Shown piece by piece: positions 1 to 10,100 of a DNA stretch of 64,000 nucleotides. The position numbers were made by a program, and so were the translations under genes. Origin of the DNA: Trypanosoma brucei (lineage: Eukaryota); assembly GCA_000002445.1 (NCBI GenBank), contig CP000066.1, positions 416,001 through 480,000 on the forward strand. Direction: 5' to 3'. Each line of letters opens with the position of its first letter. The first letter of the stretch is position 1. The notes beneath the pieces were generated by a model. It was not told the origin of the DNA and did not search any database. It saw only the letters and a program-made list of their open reading frames with translations.

Positions 1-1246
1 TAGTGGCACAGGTGTCTTCGTCGAGTAATAGTAACTGCGAACCCAACTCCAAAGCCTCCATGATGTTAGCTGCTTGACTTGTGCTCCCACTGGCGTCGGC
101 TGTTACGAAGAAATTAGTGGTCTTCCCAAAAGGAAGATTGTTGATGAAGGGTGAAATATCCACGCCGTGAACCGAGCGCCTGTCCTCCGCACGGATTTTA
201 ACAGCTGTTGGGTCCACCACAACATAGGTCCGACCGTCATCAGGCACGTGGTTATATATTCCCACCTCCAGAGCGCGCAGAAGCGTTGACTTGCCGTGAA
301 AACCGCCACCCGCTATGAGGGTAAGCCCCGGTGGGAGGCCCATGCCAGTGATTGTTTTGCCACTGTGTGGTAGGGTGAATGAGCACTCAAGTGATTTGGG
401 TGATTGAAATGGCACCGCATTATCTCGCAACGGCTTGTCGCTGTTACCGGCATCACGCGGAAGAATCGCACCGTTTGCAACGAAGGCAACATACCCGGCG
501 CCCAGAAGGTTGGAGCGAAGTACCTCTTGGTCATGTACGCATATGACGTGTTGGTGGAGATCTTCTTCGTTCAGCCCGACGACGCATTGTTCAAGGAGCG
601 GGACGAGTTCATTGTAAAATATGTCGATAGCACCATGCCCATCAATACGTCGACCATGCCCCGGTAGCTTTACACGAGCAAATATCTCGATTTCTGCCTG
701 CATACCGCTTTTCTGTTGATGCGCCTTGACAAGGCCAACGGTGCTACGCTCCAGCACGTGCTGCGATGGTCGAAGCACCTGCACAGCCCCACTCGTGCGG
801 CGCGGTATACCGTTACGATACCCAGCATGGAAGGAACGAAGAATAAAATCTTCGGCGGCAACGCGTCGGCACGGGTTCGCCGCCGCCAAATCTGTGGTTT
901 GTAGCACCTTCTCTAAAGAAAATGTGCACGGGCACACCAAGCGCACCTGACTGCCAGGGGCAAAAGGATCAGACTGGATGGACAAAAATGTGCATCTCAC
1001 ATTTTCGGAAATTTGGTACGTCTCATTTGTGAGGGAGCGCAGTTCACCGTAATTGCGTCCCTCTACTGAATGAAAGAAATCCATTAGTGGTGAGAACCCT
1101 GTGGAACCGGAGGAAATGGCAGCTCCCTCATTATTTGAAGGCATGTGGCCACCGCGTTCCATTGGCGCATTGTTATGCCAATGGGAGTGTCCCCTTCCGC
1201 CACCTCTACCGCCACGGTAATGCCCGCCGTAGCCACGATGGTACAT
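1..1246 (-). CDS. Predicted ATPase of the ABC class (PF09818-like). The start codon is present; the 3' end runs off the window edge.
   Basis: Manual translation of the minus strand from the ATG at 1246 gives one uninterrupted frame down to nt 1 (about 415 aa, no stop). The ORF track only lists out-of-frame fragments (103-309, 313-534, 670-861, 1084-1389), presumably because the true ORF has no stop inside the window. Walker A-like 'LTLIAGGGFHGKSTLL' lies at about nt 300-350, and a Walker B/D-loop-like 'QLLLLDEDTCAT' at about nt 1-40. The conserved-looking N-terminal motif is 'FLSIQSDPFAPGSQVRLV'. The N-terminus is Gly/Arg/His-rich: 'MYHRGYGGHYRGGRGGGRGHSHWHNN'. Confidence 0.6.
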   Translation of the reverse strand, partial: MYHRGYGGHYRGGRGGGRGHSHWHNNAPMERGGHMPSNNEGAAISSGSTGFSPLMDFFHSVEGRNYGELRSLTNETYQISENVRCTFLSIQSDPFAPGSQVRLVCPCTFSLEKVLQTTDLAAANPCRRVAAEDFILRSFHAGYRNGIPRRTSGAVQVLRPSQHVLERSTVGLVKAHQQKSGMQAEIEIFARVKLPGHGRRIDGHGAIDIFYNELVPLLEQCVVGLNEEDLHQHVICVHDQEVLRSNLLGAGYVAFVANGAILPRDAGNSDKPLRDNAVPFQSPKSLECSFTLPHSGKTITGMGLPPGLTLIAGGGFHGKSTLLRALEVGIYNHVPDDGRTYVVVDPTAVKIRAEDRRSVHGVDISPFINNLPFGKTTNFFVTADASGSTSQAANIMEALELGSQLLLLDEDTCAT

Positions 1247-1774
1247 GAATGTGGTTGAATGATTGATCGAGAGCGCGCTTCACTAAGCCTGGGGCTAAGC
1301 ACTTTTCGGTGTGTCACAAAGCAAAAAAGAAAAAAAAAGGTACCGGAAAGAAAATAAATCGTATAAATGCGCAAACAGGGGGCCTTCACTTGTGTCCTGT
1401 GTCACCGTTTCGATACCCTTCGCTCCCCAGTAACAACTTCCTTTTCCCCTTCTCTCTCTCTCTGACACACAAACACACAAAACCAAACCGAGGTAGACAA
1501 AACAACGACAAGAGCCATTTATATCATCTTCGCCCGTTCTCTTTCAGCATCCCTTCATGCTTTGCGCGCTTAAGGGCCTCTACCGTCACGGCGTAACTGC
1601 AGCATCTCCAAAAATTAAAAGGTCAGGGCAAGTTATGCGGCACCTCAGGGATTACATAAAAGTACGGGAGCTTTCGCCGAACGCTTTCGCCGAAAACACA
1701 AGTTCATATAATGTACAGTCATAGAAACATATGTGTAGGCCAAACGTTGAAGGCAAAATGCTTAACGACGTTTA

Positions 1775-2083
1775 CTATTCGTTCTCCGACAAAACTTCTT
1801 TCATCCAACGATACGGCATATCTCCTTTCTTAATCTTTTCTTCAAATTCCTTCCGAATGGTACATGAGAGGTCCAAACCGTTGTGAATTTTATTCACGCA
1901 GCGGTCAAGACACGCCTTTTCACCAGGGTGATAAGGAATGGAGTCTTCTCCGTAATGCGTAATGCAGCGGCGCATGCAATAATTAAATCCTTCGTTGGAA
2001 ATTAACTGTTGTCGCTCCGCCAACACAACAACGTCGCGTTGGGCCATACCTGCAAGTTGCGGATTCGTTTGAGGTGGCTGCAT
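1775..2083 (-). CDS. Small Tim family protein (Tim9/Tim10/Tim8-13 type, twin Cx3C)
   Basis: The 102-aa ORF carries two Cx3C motifs, 'CMRRC' and 'CLDRC', separated by 15 residues. The size and spacing are typical of intermembrane-space small Tim chaperones. Confidence 0.6.
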   Translation of the reverse strand: MQPPQTNPQLAGMAQRDVVVLAERQQLISNEGFNYCMRRCITHYGEDSIPYHPGEKACLDRCVNKIHNGLDLSCTIRKEFEEKIKKGDMPYRWMKEVLSENE

Positions 2084-2737
2084 ATCTGTATTTTTTATAT
2101 TTAAAAAAAAATGTGCTCAGAACTGTAACTAATTCAACCCGTGTCCCTAGAAGTATATAAAAGAAATGTGCGAGAGAGGGTTGTTTTTACAACTTTCCCC
2201 TCACGTCAACTGCTGCAACGGTCCAACTTCCTTCACTCTCGGGCAACAAATGGGCCAATTAAACAAATGTAAACAACACCTAAAGAAACACGCCAAAGAT
2301 AAATTTGCCCGTGAGCCGCCGTACACGAGCAACTGCAACAATAAGTTATGAAAGTGATATGGGTTTAAAAGAAGTATAGTAAAGCAAGAGATAGGATTTG
2401 TAACGGCAGCAGAAGTAATGATAAATAATAACATCAGCAGCGGAAATGACAGCAGTATTGACAACAATATTATGACAAGGGAAATAATAATAAATATGTC
2501 ACGAAAAAAGAAAAACAACAGTCCTACAACAACTAAACAATATGATGAAAGGGTTTGAGGGGGTTCACCAAAGGTAATAAAGGTCATCAAATGAAGTTCT
2601 ACCCTGTTTTGAGTGGCCAAAGAGCCTTCACCCTATCACTTGATATTCGGTACGCGTCGGTATGGGGTCAGAAATAAATAAATGAATAAACAAGCACTAA
2701 CAATAAGTTAAATCACAGAGGGAGTAGAGGAAAAAAA

Positions 2738-2780
<43 letters not shown>

Positions 2781-2782
2781 GA
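2738..2782. repeat. (GA)n microsatellite
   Basis: The sequence reads 'gagagagaaagagagagagagagagagagagagagatagagagag'. Confidence 0.95.
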
Positions 2783-3236
2783 GCAATCCGTGTCGCTTTA
2801 TCACTTTCCCTCTTTTTTCTTACCGCAACAAAAAGGCGTCATAAATCCGCAACAGGACGCTCACAAAGAGTAAAAGGAAAAAACACATAAACACACACAA
2901 GCATACAAGCGAGCAAACAGGTACAGAAGGGCAAAAAGAAAAAGATGCAGTGCCGCTTCCACCCACGCGTATATGTTAGCCAAAGAGAGGAAATAAAACC
3001 GATGTTGTTTTGGAGAGTCGCATAGGTGAAAAAGAAAACAAATTATCGGTAATATTGTGTACAAAGAGAAAGTCAAACTAATTACAAATTTGTCTTTTCG
3101 TGTCATTTCGTGACGCTCCGTTTCACTTACCCGATTCCCACTGCATCCACCGTTATCTTTTTTTTGTTTCACCTCTTCCTTAAACCTAATATTGACACAT
3201 GTGTATACCTTAATATATTTATATGTATATATTAAC

Positions 3237-3267
<31 letters not shown>

Positions 3268-3799
3268 CATATTTGTGAGGCATATATGGATGACATCTCA
3301 TGGGATGCCGTGCTCGGAGTGTCTTACAAATATGCAGCAAAAACGGAAGAAAAGTCGAAAGAGGAAACGAAGCAGTCACGAAGGTAAATAAAAATAAAAA
3401 GAAGAGCAAGCAACGGTCCCTCTTTTATTGGGAAGCCACAAAACACGCCGACACCCCCCCCCAAAAAAAAGCAACAACTTCAATCAACGGAAATCCTCAT
3501 TTCGTCCTGAAGTGGCGGCGCGACAGAGACCAAAGACGGTAACAAACGAAAGTGGACGAAGAGCTCGACAAAAAAATATATACACGTTTACATATATATA
3601 TATATATATATATGAATATATATGAACATACATATACAAACATACAAACAAACCCACTGGATTAATTCTGTAGTGACACAACTACCATGTGCTCACTTTT
3701 ATATCCTCTTCTTTATCCTTTACAAACATGCTGATACAATAATTCGCCTCTTGCCGCTGCAAGTGCGCGACAGTTATTCGGTATTCCCCCCTCCCTGTA

Positions 3800-5791
3800 C
3801 TAAACAGGTGAAGTAAAAAAAGGATGACTCAGCGCTTCCTCTGCCGTTATTCGCCTAAGCGGATCGTAGTCCAACATGCGTTCACAAAGATCAAGTAGTT
3901 TTGGAAAGGGCCCCAGAACCTCTCGGAGTTTTGGACGTGAGGCCACATAATAAATATCTTCTATTGTATCATTGTATCGACTCTGCTGAGATGATGATGC
4001 TGACGATGGAGGTGTTATACAATCGTTCGGATCTGGCCATGCCAATTTCATGGTGTGTTTATCAAAGAATTTATCAAAGCGAGACCCTAGAGAAAATACA
4101 CGCTCCACGATAGTCTTGTTCAAAACTTCATTATTTCTTCCCTGATCCCCTTTGTTCGATATTGCCCCCTCAACGGAGTCAAACGGGCCAATGATATGCT
4201 GCAGTAGCGCCAAGTGCTCAATATCACAGCGCGGCATAAACATACAGCTTCCAGTCACTAACTCCGGAATCATGCAACCAAGAGACCACATATCTGCAGA
4301 AGTTGTCCATCCAAGTCCAAGTAACACTTCTACGCTTCGATAATGTGTGGTGTGAATGCGGTGATAAAAGGCGGGTGTCACATTGTCCAATTTACTCACG
4401 GCAGTGCACTTGGAGAGAAACTCTGCGGAACCGACATCAATAACACGTACCGTATTAACAGCAGGAAGTGGAACGTCCACCTCTGCGAGCACCTCCTCTT
4501 GAATTGTCGGCTGTGCCGTTTCATAAGCCCTGCTTGAGTGCACATCTCCTTCATCGGGTGATTCGTATTTGTATTCAAACTTCTTAATCTTCATCCGGGT
4601 TGGAAGTGTGTCACTATATTCAAAAAGAACATTTTCCGGCTTCAGGTCGGTGTGCACAATACCCCGCTGGTGCGCGTGACGCAGGAAAAGAAGGATATTA
4701 TATACGACTGCACGAACCAACTCCAGCGGCATCCCTCTGTGAGTAACCTCAACCGACCTCTCCGACATCCCCCGGAGTTTCTCGAGAGCTCCAGTCCTGC
4801 AATCATCACTACCACTACTTCTGCTGCATGTACCGGAGCCGCTCTCACTTTGTTTTCCTTCCAACCCCTTTCCAACGGATCTGTTGAGTTCCTTACGAAT
4901 GCAGGCAAGTACCTCTAACAATGAAACACCAAGCACGGGGAGTACAATCGCGTGGTGGTTATAGTGCGGTATGAACTCTACAGGAGGATTAAAGCGTCCT
5001 ATTTTCCCTTGGTATGAAGTGGCGGCAGTCGCACACATATGCCTTAAATCTTCCAACAAACACTTTTCTGCCGTCCTGCCACTTCTCCTGCGTGCACTTA
5101 CAGCACTGTAAGTCCGTTCGCTACTACTGCTCCTTCCCATGCGCCGCCTCCCGCAGCTCTCCCCGGCGGGACGACTCAGGGCAAGAAGTACTTTTATCTC
5201 ATCCAAGCACGCGCGTCTGTACGTCCCCTCATCCCGAAATATTTTTAGCGCGTAGAGTTCACCGGTGCCGCGTTTACTACAGAGGGCCACCTTAGAAAAA
5301 GTTCCCTCACCAAGCGCCCGTATGAAAAAGTATTTTCCGTAAAGAACTAAATTTGGAGTGTGTCCTTCCAGCCTCGGCAGCGGCGAGGCCTCCAAGGGCA
5401 CAAGCGGGGGTAGCCTCCTGACCATCTGGTGCCTCTCTTGGCCTTGTGACGAGACAATGCCATAATCCACACAAATGAATGGTTCCTCATCATATTTAAA
5501 CCGCTCCGCGTATTCCTCGGTGAATTTTGGGTAATGCTTGTCCCGTGTTGATGTGGAACGGGAGCTGGAACTCCCACTGGAAGTGGAAGAGTGTGAACTG
5601 TATGAAGATGGGCTTGAGGATTCCGAGTTGGATGAACGCGTTAGATGCCGGGCCCTGCTATTACTGTCAAACCGCCAGTCCCTCCCTCCACTGCTGGTGT
5701 CACTGTCCCTATAACTTTCGTGCTCCTCATCACGCCGTCGTTTGTTGCAACCATCGTCGCATCTTCGCGTTGGTTGCATCCACTCTTCCAA
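3800..5791 (-). CDS. SRPK-family (serine/arginine-rich protein-specific) CMGC kinase with large intra-kinase spacer
   Basis: Glycine loop 'LGEGTFSKV' and 'YALKIF' are followed by a long spacer insert. The catalytic loop is 'HTDLKPENVLF', with Thr replacing the usual Arg as in SRPK1. The Mg-binding motif is 'DVG' rather than DFG/DLG. The activation and P+1 region 'THYRSVEVLLG' and 'ADMWSLGCMIPELVTG' match SRPK. The segment 'EHLALLQHIIGPF' resembles the SRPK/CLK 'EDHIALIIELLG' or LAMMER segment. The N-terminus is Ser/Arg-rich. Confidence 0.7.
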   Translation of the reverse strand: MEEWMQPTRRCDDGCNKRRRDEEHESYRDSDTSSGGRDWRFDSNSRARHLTRSSNSESSSPSSYSSHSSTSSGSSSSRSTSTRDKHYPKFTEEYAERFKYDEEPFICVDYGIVSSQGQERHQMVRRLPPLVPLEASPLPRLEGHTPNLVLYGKYFFIRALGEGTFSKVALCSKRGTGELYALKIFRDEGTYRRACLDEIKVLLALSRPAGESCGRRRMGRSSSSERTYSAVSARRRSGRTAEKCLLEDLRHMCATAATSYQGKIGRFNPPVEFIPHYNHHAIVLPVLGVSLLEVLACIRKELNRSVGKGLEGKQSESGSGTCSRSSGSDDCRTGALEKLRGMSERSVEVTHRGMPLELVRAVVYNILLFLRHAHQRGIVHTDLKPENVLFEYSDTLPTRMKIKKFEYKYESPDEGDVHSSRAYETAQPTIQEEVLAEVDVPLPAVNTVRVIDVGSAEFLSKCTAVSKLDNVTPAFYHRIHTTHYRSVEVLLGLGWTTSADMWSLGCMIPELVTGSCMFMPRCDIEHLALLQHIIGPFDSVEGAISNKGDQGRNNEVLNKTIVERVFSLGSRFDKFFDKHTMKLAWPDPNDCITPPSSASSSQQSRYNDTIEDIYYVASRPKLREVLGPFPKLLDLCERMLDYDPLRRITAEEALSHPFFTSPV

Positions 5792-6199
5792 GTGGATACG
5801 TGGATGGGCGCGTATACAAATATATATATATGCTTGAAATGTACACGCGCAAACAGTTAATGTTCCACCGAATTCAACTAATTCAATTTCCTTTCAACCA
5901 CTATTGTTGATCTTATACGCAACCAACTGTAAAGCAGTGCAAGGCGGGGGGAATAAAATGGTGCCCCTACGTGAGGAGGCACGGTGCCCGGCAGTCTCAC
6001 GCACGAGCTGCTGTGCTTAACCAAGCCACCAACCGTAAGGGGCGGACTGATACCCGAGTGTGACGGAGAAAGAAATAAAGAAAGTGAAAGCACCAAGGGA
6101 GACGAAGAGCATGACAGTCAGGTGCAAGGAAACGATATAAAGCTAACAATCCACATGCAAGAACACATTCATGTATACATAAACATTTATACGTGTCTT

Positions 6200-6202
<3 letters not shown>

Positions 6203-6259
<57 letters not shown>
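6203..6259. repeat. Compound microsatellite (TA)n(TG)n
   Basis: The sequence reads 'atatatatatatatatatatatatatatatatatatgtgtgtgtgtgtgtgtgtg', directly visible. Confidence 0.95.
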
Positions 6260-7165
6260 CATTAGGAAAGGAGCAGTTCCAGCAGAAGTGTCTTACAATG
6301 GATACACACGTGCATACGCGTAAGAGAGATTCACCAAGGAAAAAGTGCGTAACCAAGATACGAACACATCATTTTTTTTTAGAATTTTCTTCGTGCCTTC
6401 GCACTTACGTTGGATTTGCATCGGTTTGAGTGCGGTCATATAAAGTCAAAGCTTTCAACGGTGTGAAAACACAGCGAAAGGAAAGAAGAGGGGCTGCACG
6501 AAGTAAAAAGAAAGAACAAACAAGTTGGACACCAACGCATGCGTAAGCAAAAAAACAAGCGAAATGCTGAGCAGTTTGGTGACATGCAAGAGGCACAACC
6601 TTTGCAACGGCGATAAAAAGAATGGGAAGTGACAGGAGAGGAGAAACGTAATAACGAAAACAACTAAAGAATGTGCGCCCTAGAAAACTGAGTTGGTGTC
6701 CGAGTGACGCATATGCTGGCCAATTCTCGGTCTTTCCCCCCCCCTATGGTACACGAGCTCTCACTCAGCAGGTAAAGTGGAGGGAGGGGGGAGAAATTTG
6801 CGTGAACACTCCCGCCGCATGTTCATGACGAGAGGAGCAACACTTTTCTTCCTCTCCTCCTTCTCCATTACTAACTTCTGTTGGCGCGTCTAGGTAAAAT
6901 GGAGGAAAAGCAAGGTACAGAAGGAAAAAGGAAGGAAAACTTCAGGTGCCTTACTAGTCGACTATGGTCTTCCCACCTTCGCGCAAATTGCATTGCAGTT
7001 GAATGAGTGACACAACATCTGTGCCGTCAAGTGATTCCCCCATCCATCTTCGCTTCAGTTCCCCTTCCCACTTTATGACGTGCATACGCACCGCTCCCAA
7101 CAGCCCCGTGCCAGACAAGCTTACCCTTCACATATTCATGGCGTTGACTGAGAAATCACTTCCGA

Positions 7166-10100
7166 TCAGTTCCCCGCACCTTCACAAAGAAGGCGTGCAG
7201 CGGGGTGGTACGTAGCATGCGCAGAGTTTGGCACGCGGCCTGAGGCGGAAAGCGCAGAACGGCGATGCTCGAAACTCTTGCAAGACTCCTCGTACCTTTT
7301 CAAGTCATCACGGTACTCTTTCATACGAGCGGATGCCGCGGCGGCCGCGGCCTTCACAGCTTCCGGTGAGTATGATGCAAGAGAGACACGTGCGATAGCC
7401 GCAGCAGCATACCCAAAGACAGACGTCTGCACATCGCACCTCATGGACGCAGGAAGTTCTGTGATGTCGCTGTTACTACCAGTGTTCAATTCACCCAGGA
7501 AAGATTCCGCTTGCCGCAGAGATGTGGTTGAAGATGAGGAATAGCGAAGGGATCTTATCATCGCTGCCTCCGACATACCCGATTTCCACCTTGAGGTGTC
7601 GACACCAGCTGGGCACAACCGCAATGCCATAGCGCTCACATGGAAGGCGTTGCACTGCACCAAACCTGATTGAAAGACATACGCGGTAAACTTCACAGCG
7701 TGGTTCTCATGTGGAAGAAGGAGGAAACTGTACGATGTTTTGCCAACAAAGGTCATTAACGTTGGTGACAATAGGGAAGGTGAGTCAGACCTGTCAATGC
7801 CGGCCGCCGGCATAGTTTTCGCTTTTAGCGTAACAAGAAGTACGTGCGCGGAGAGTGAGCGACAATGCACCGTAATTGGAATGAGTGCCGCATCTGGAAG
7901 TTCCTTGGTAGACTCCACGCTATGAGGTGCCTCCACGTGGTAAAGCAAAGCCGCTTGCCGTGGATGAAGCGAACGATTCTCCACTAGAGCTTCACAAAGT
8001 TCCTCTTGCTGCAACTCATAAGCCTTGCTGCTCAGTGGCCCACCCGAGATAAGATAACTGACAGGGTCTACGAAGTGGAACAGTTGTCCACACCTGCCTG
8101 AGCCGTCTTGCAGCATCCAAGCCACTGCTACACATATGGGAGTGAAGGGTTCGCCAATGGCCACTTGTGTCACAGGGTCTACACGTGGCACCTTCTGTTG
8201 ATCACCGTCTGGCCCCTTGTCTGCGTAGAAAACAAAACCATCGTTTGCAGCGATTTCACCGAGGGTTCCGGATCCGCGAATACTTGTTCGCATAAAGTAG
8301 GTGCTCATTGCCGATCCTATGACGCTGCTCGATATCTTTGACTCCACTTGAGCACACTTATCCGGGGATGGAAGGGTCACAGTGAGGGAAATGTACTCCT
8401 CTTCCGTAAATGCGGTTGGCTGGGCATCAGGAGCAGTATCAGCAACACCGTCACTACCAACAGCAGAACCTAAACCCGCCTTTCCTCTCGATAATGTAGC
8501 CTTATCTGCGACACTGAGTGGTAAACAAAACGATCCACCACTGGGCACAACCAATCCGGCGGCATCATTTTCAAGTAACGCGCCCGTGTGGATTGCCGCA
8601 ACGTACCACCGCGGTCTGTGAATCGCTGTCATCCGCACAACGCGTAGCGGCTGCTCAGCGGTATCTGAAACGTTTGCCACCGTCAGTTGCAAGGCAGACG
8701 TCGCTGAGGCCAAGTTAACTGGTTCCAGAACAAATGACGAGAGGATAATCGTCCGTTTAACTGCAATGAGTCGCACAAAACGATGGAGTCGCACATACGG
8801 CACCGTGGCGTTGGACGGAGTTGGGGATATAGGAGTCGCCTTCACGTCCTGCCGACCTGGAGTCGTTGGAGGCCCTCCCAGATATCCCACAAGCAAGAAA
8901 ATGTTGTTTCGACAGCGAGGAGAGGCTCCATGGCCAAGTTGGCCTCGAACTGTCAGCGAAATAGACACACTTTCTTTGGGATGTAGCACCTGGGCAACAT
9001 TGAAGGTTGCCTCGGCTTCGATATTTCGCTCCAAACCAAAATCTTCAAACCACAGCACTTGTGCGTTTGTTGCGCTACGCTGAAGTGTAACGTTGTGTGC
9101 TTCCGCATGTGTGCTATTATTTGTTACCACAACGAACGTGTGAAAATACTCTCCATCCCGCAAAACAGAAGGAAGCTCGGGTTCTAACCGCATGGTAACC
9201 CACGCCTGGGGTGGTCCAACAACAATTTCTATGTTTGCGGGTGACTCCACCTCCGGTGTTGCGTTGTTCATAGCGTGCTCAAGTAACAAGCCACCACCCA
9301 TACCAGCGACATATCCCCCAAGATTGTTAGAACTACTGGTGTTGCCTTCTGTGCTTGCAGCACCGCTAGCACCCTCAGTTGCAAAATAGTAATGGCCCAA
9401 CGAACTCATAACCTCCCAAGCAAAACCGACTATAACATAAGTTCCCTCGGCCTGTGGAGTAAAGTTGAGTGTTATAGTCCTAGAAGCCCCCGCCGCAAAC
9501 TCGATCGTCTGTGACTCAGAACTCCTACAGAGTTTTGCAGGTTCATCCCTCGAAACAAATAAAAGACACATATTTTCCACGGTAAGGTGGCTTCCAATAG
9601 GATTTCTCAGTTTGACACTAACCTGAAGTGACTCCTCTTGGTTCACCGTATAGCGACGCATGCTCTTCTTGCCACTCCCATCTCTCTTACTACTTTGTCG
9701 AAACTTCGACAATTCCGCACCCCACTGCCTTGTTCCTATCGGAGAACCCGTTAATTGGTCCTTGTAATGTGAGCGCAGTTTGTCCTCCACTTTCTGCCAT
9801 TCAGTTTCCACAGCCTCGCCACCCAACTGGCACTGCTGCTGTGTCGTTATCTCATCACAATGGTACTGATTGACGCTAATTCGAACCGTATTTTCTACAA
9901 TGGCAGGTACTACCATATGAGGGCAGACGCCAATTCCAAGTTCTCCCACCACCTCCTGCTGTTTCTCCAGAAAAGTCTTCAAACTGCTAAGTGCAGTTTT
10001 TGGGTTGCTGTATTTGGGAGTGCCAAGGAGAACAGCGACAGCCATCATCGCTATGGCGCGGACGGGATTCTCGAGTTGGTGATATAGTTGAGAGAGCCCC

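Noticed and set aside
103-1389. Track ORFs 103-309(-), 313-534(-), 670-861(-), 1084-1389(-) suggesting a fragmented or pseudogenised locus
   Set aside because: They are out-of-frame Met-to-stop fragments. The third minus frame is open from 1246 to nt 1 and encodes a coherent P-loop ATPase, so this is a window-edge artefact rather than a pseudogene.
2201-3409. Minus-strand ORFs 2201-2620 (139 aa) and 2861-3409 (182 aa)
   Set aside because: The translations are low-complexity (poly-L/I/F and Y/I repeats) from (TA)n and (GA)n-containing DNA, so they are not coding.
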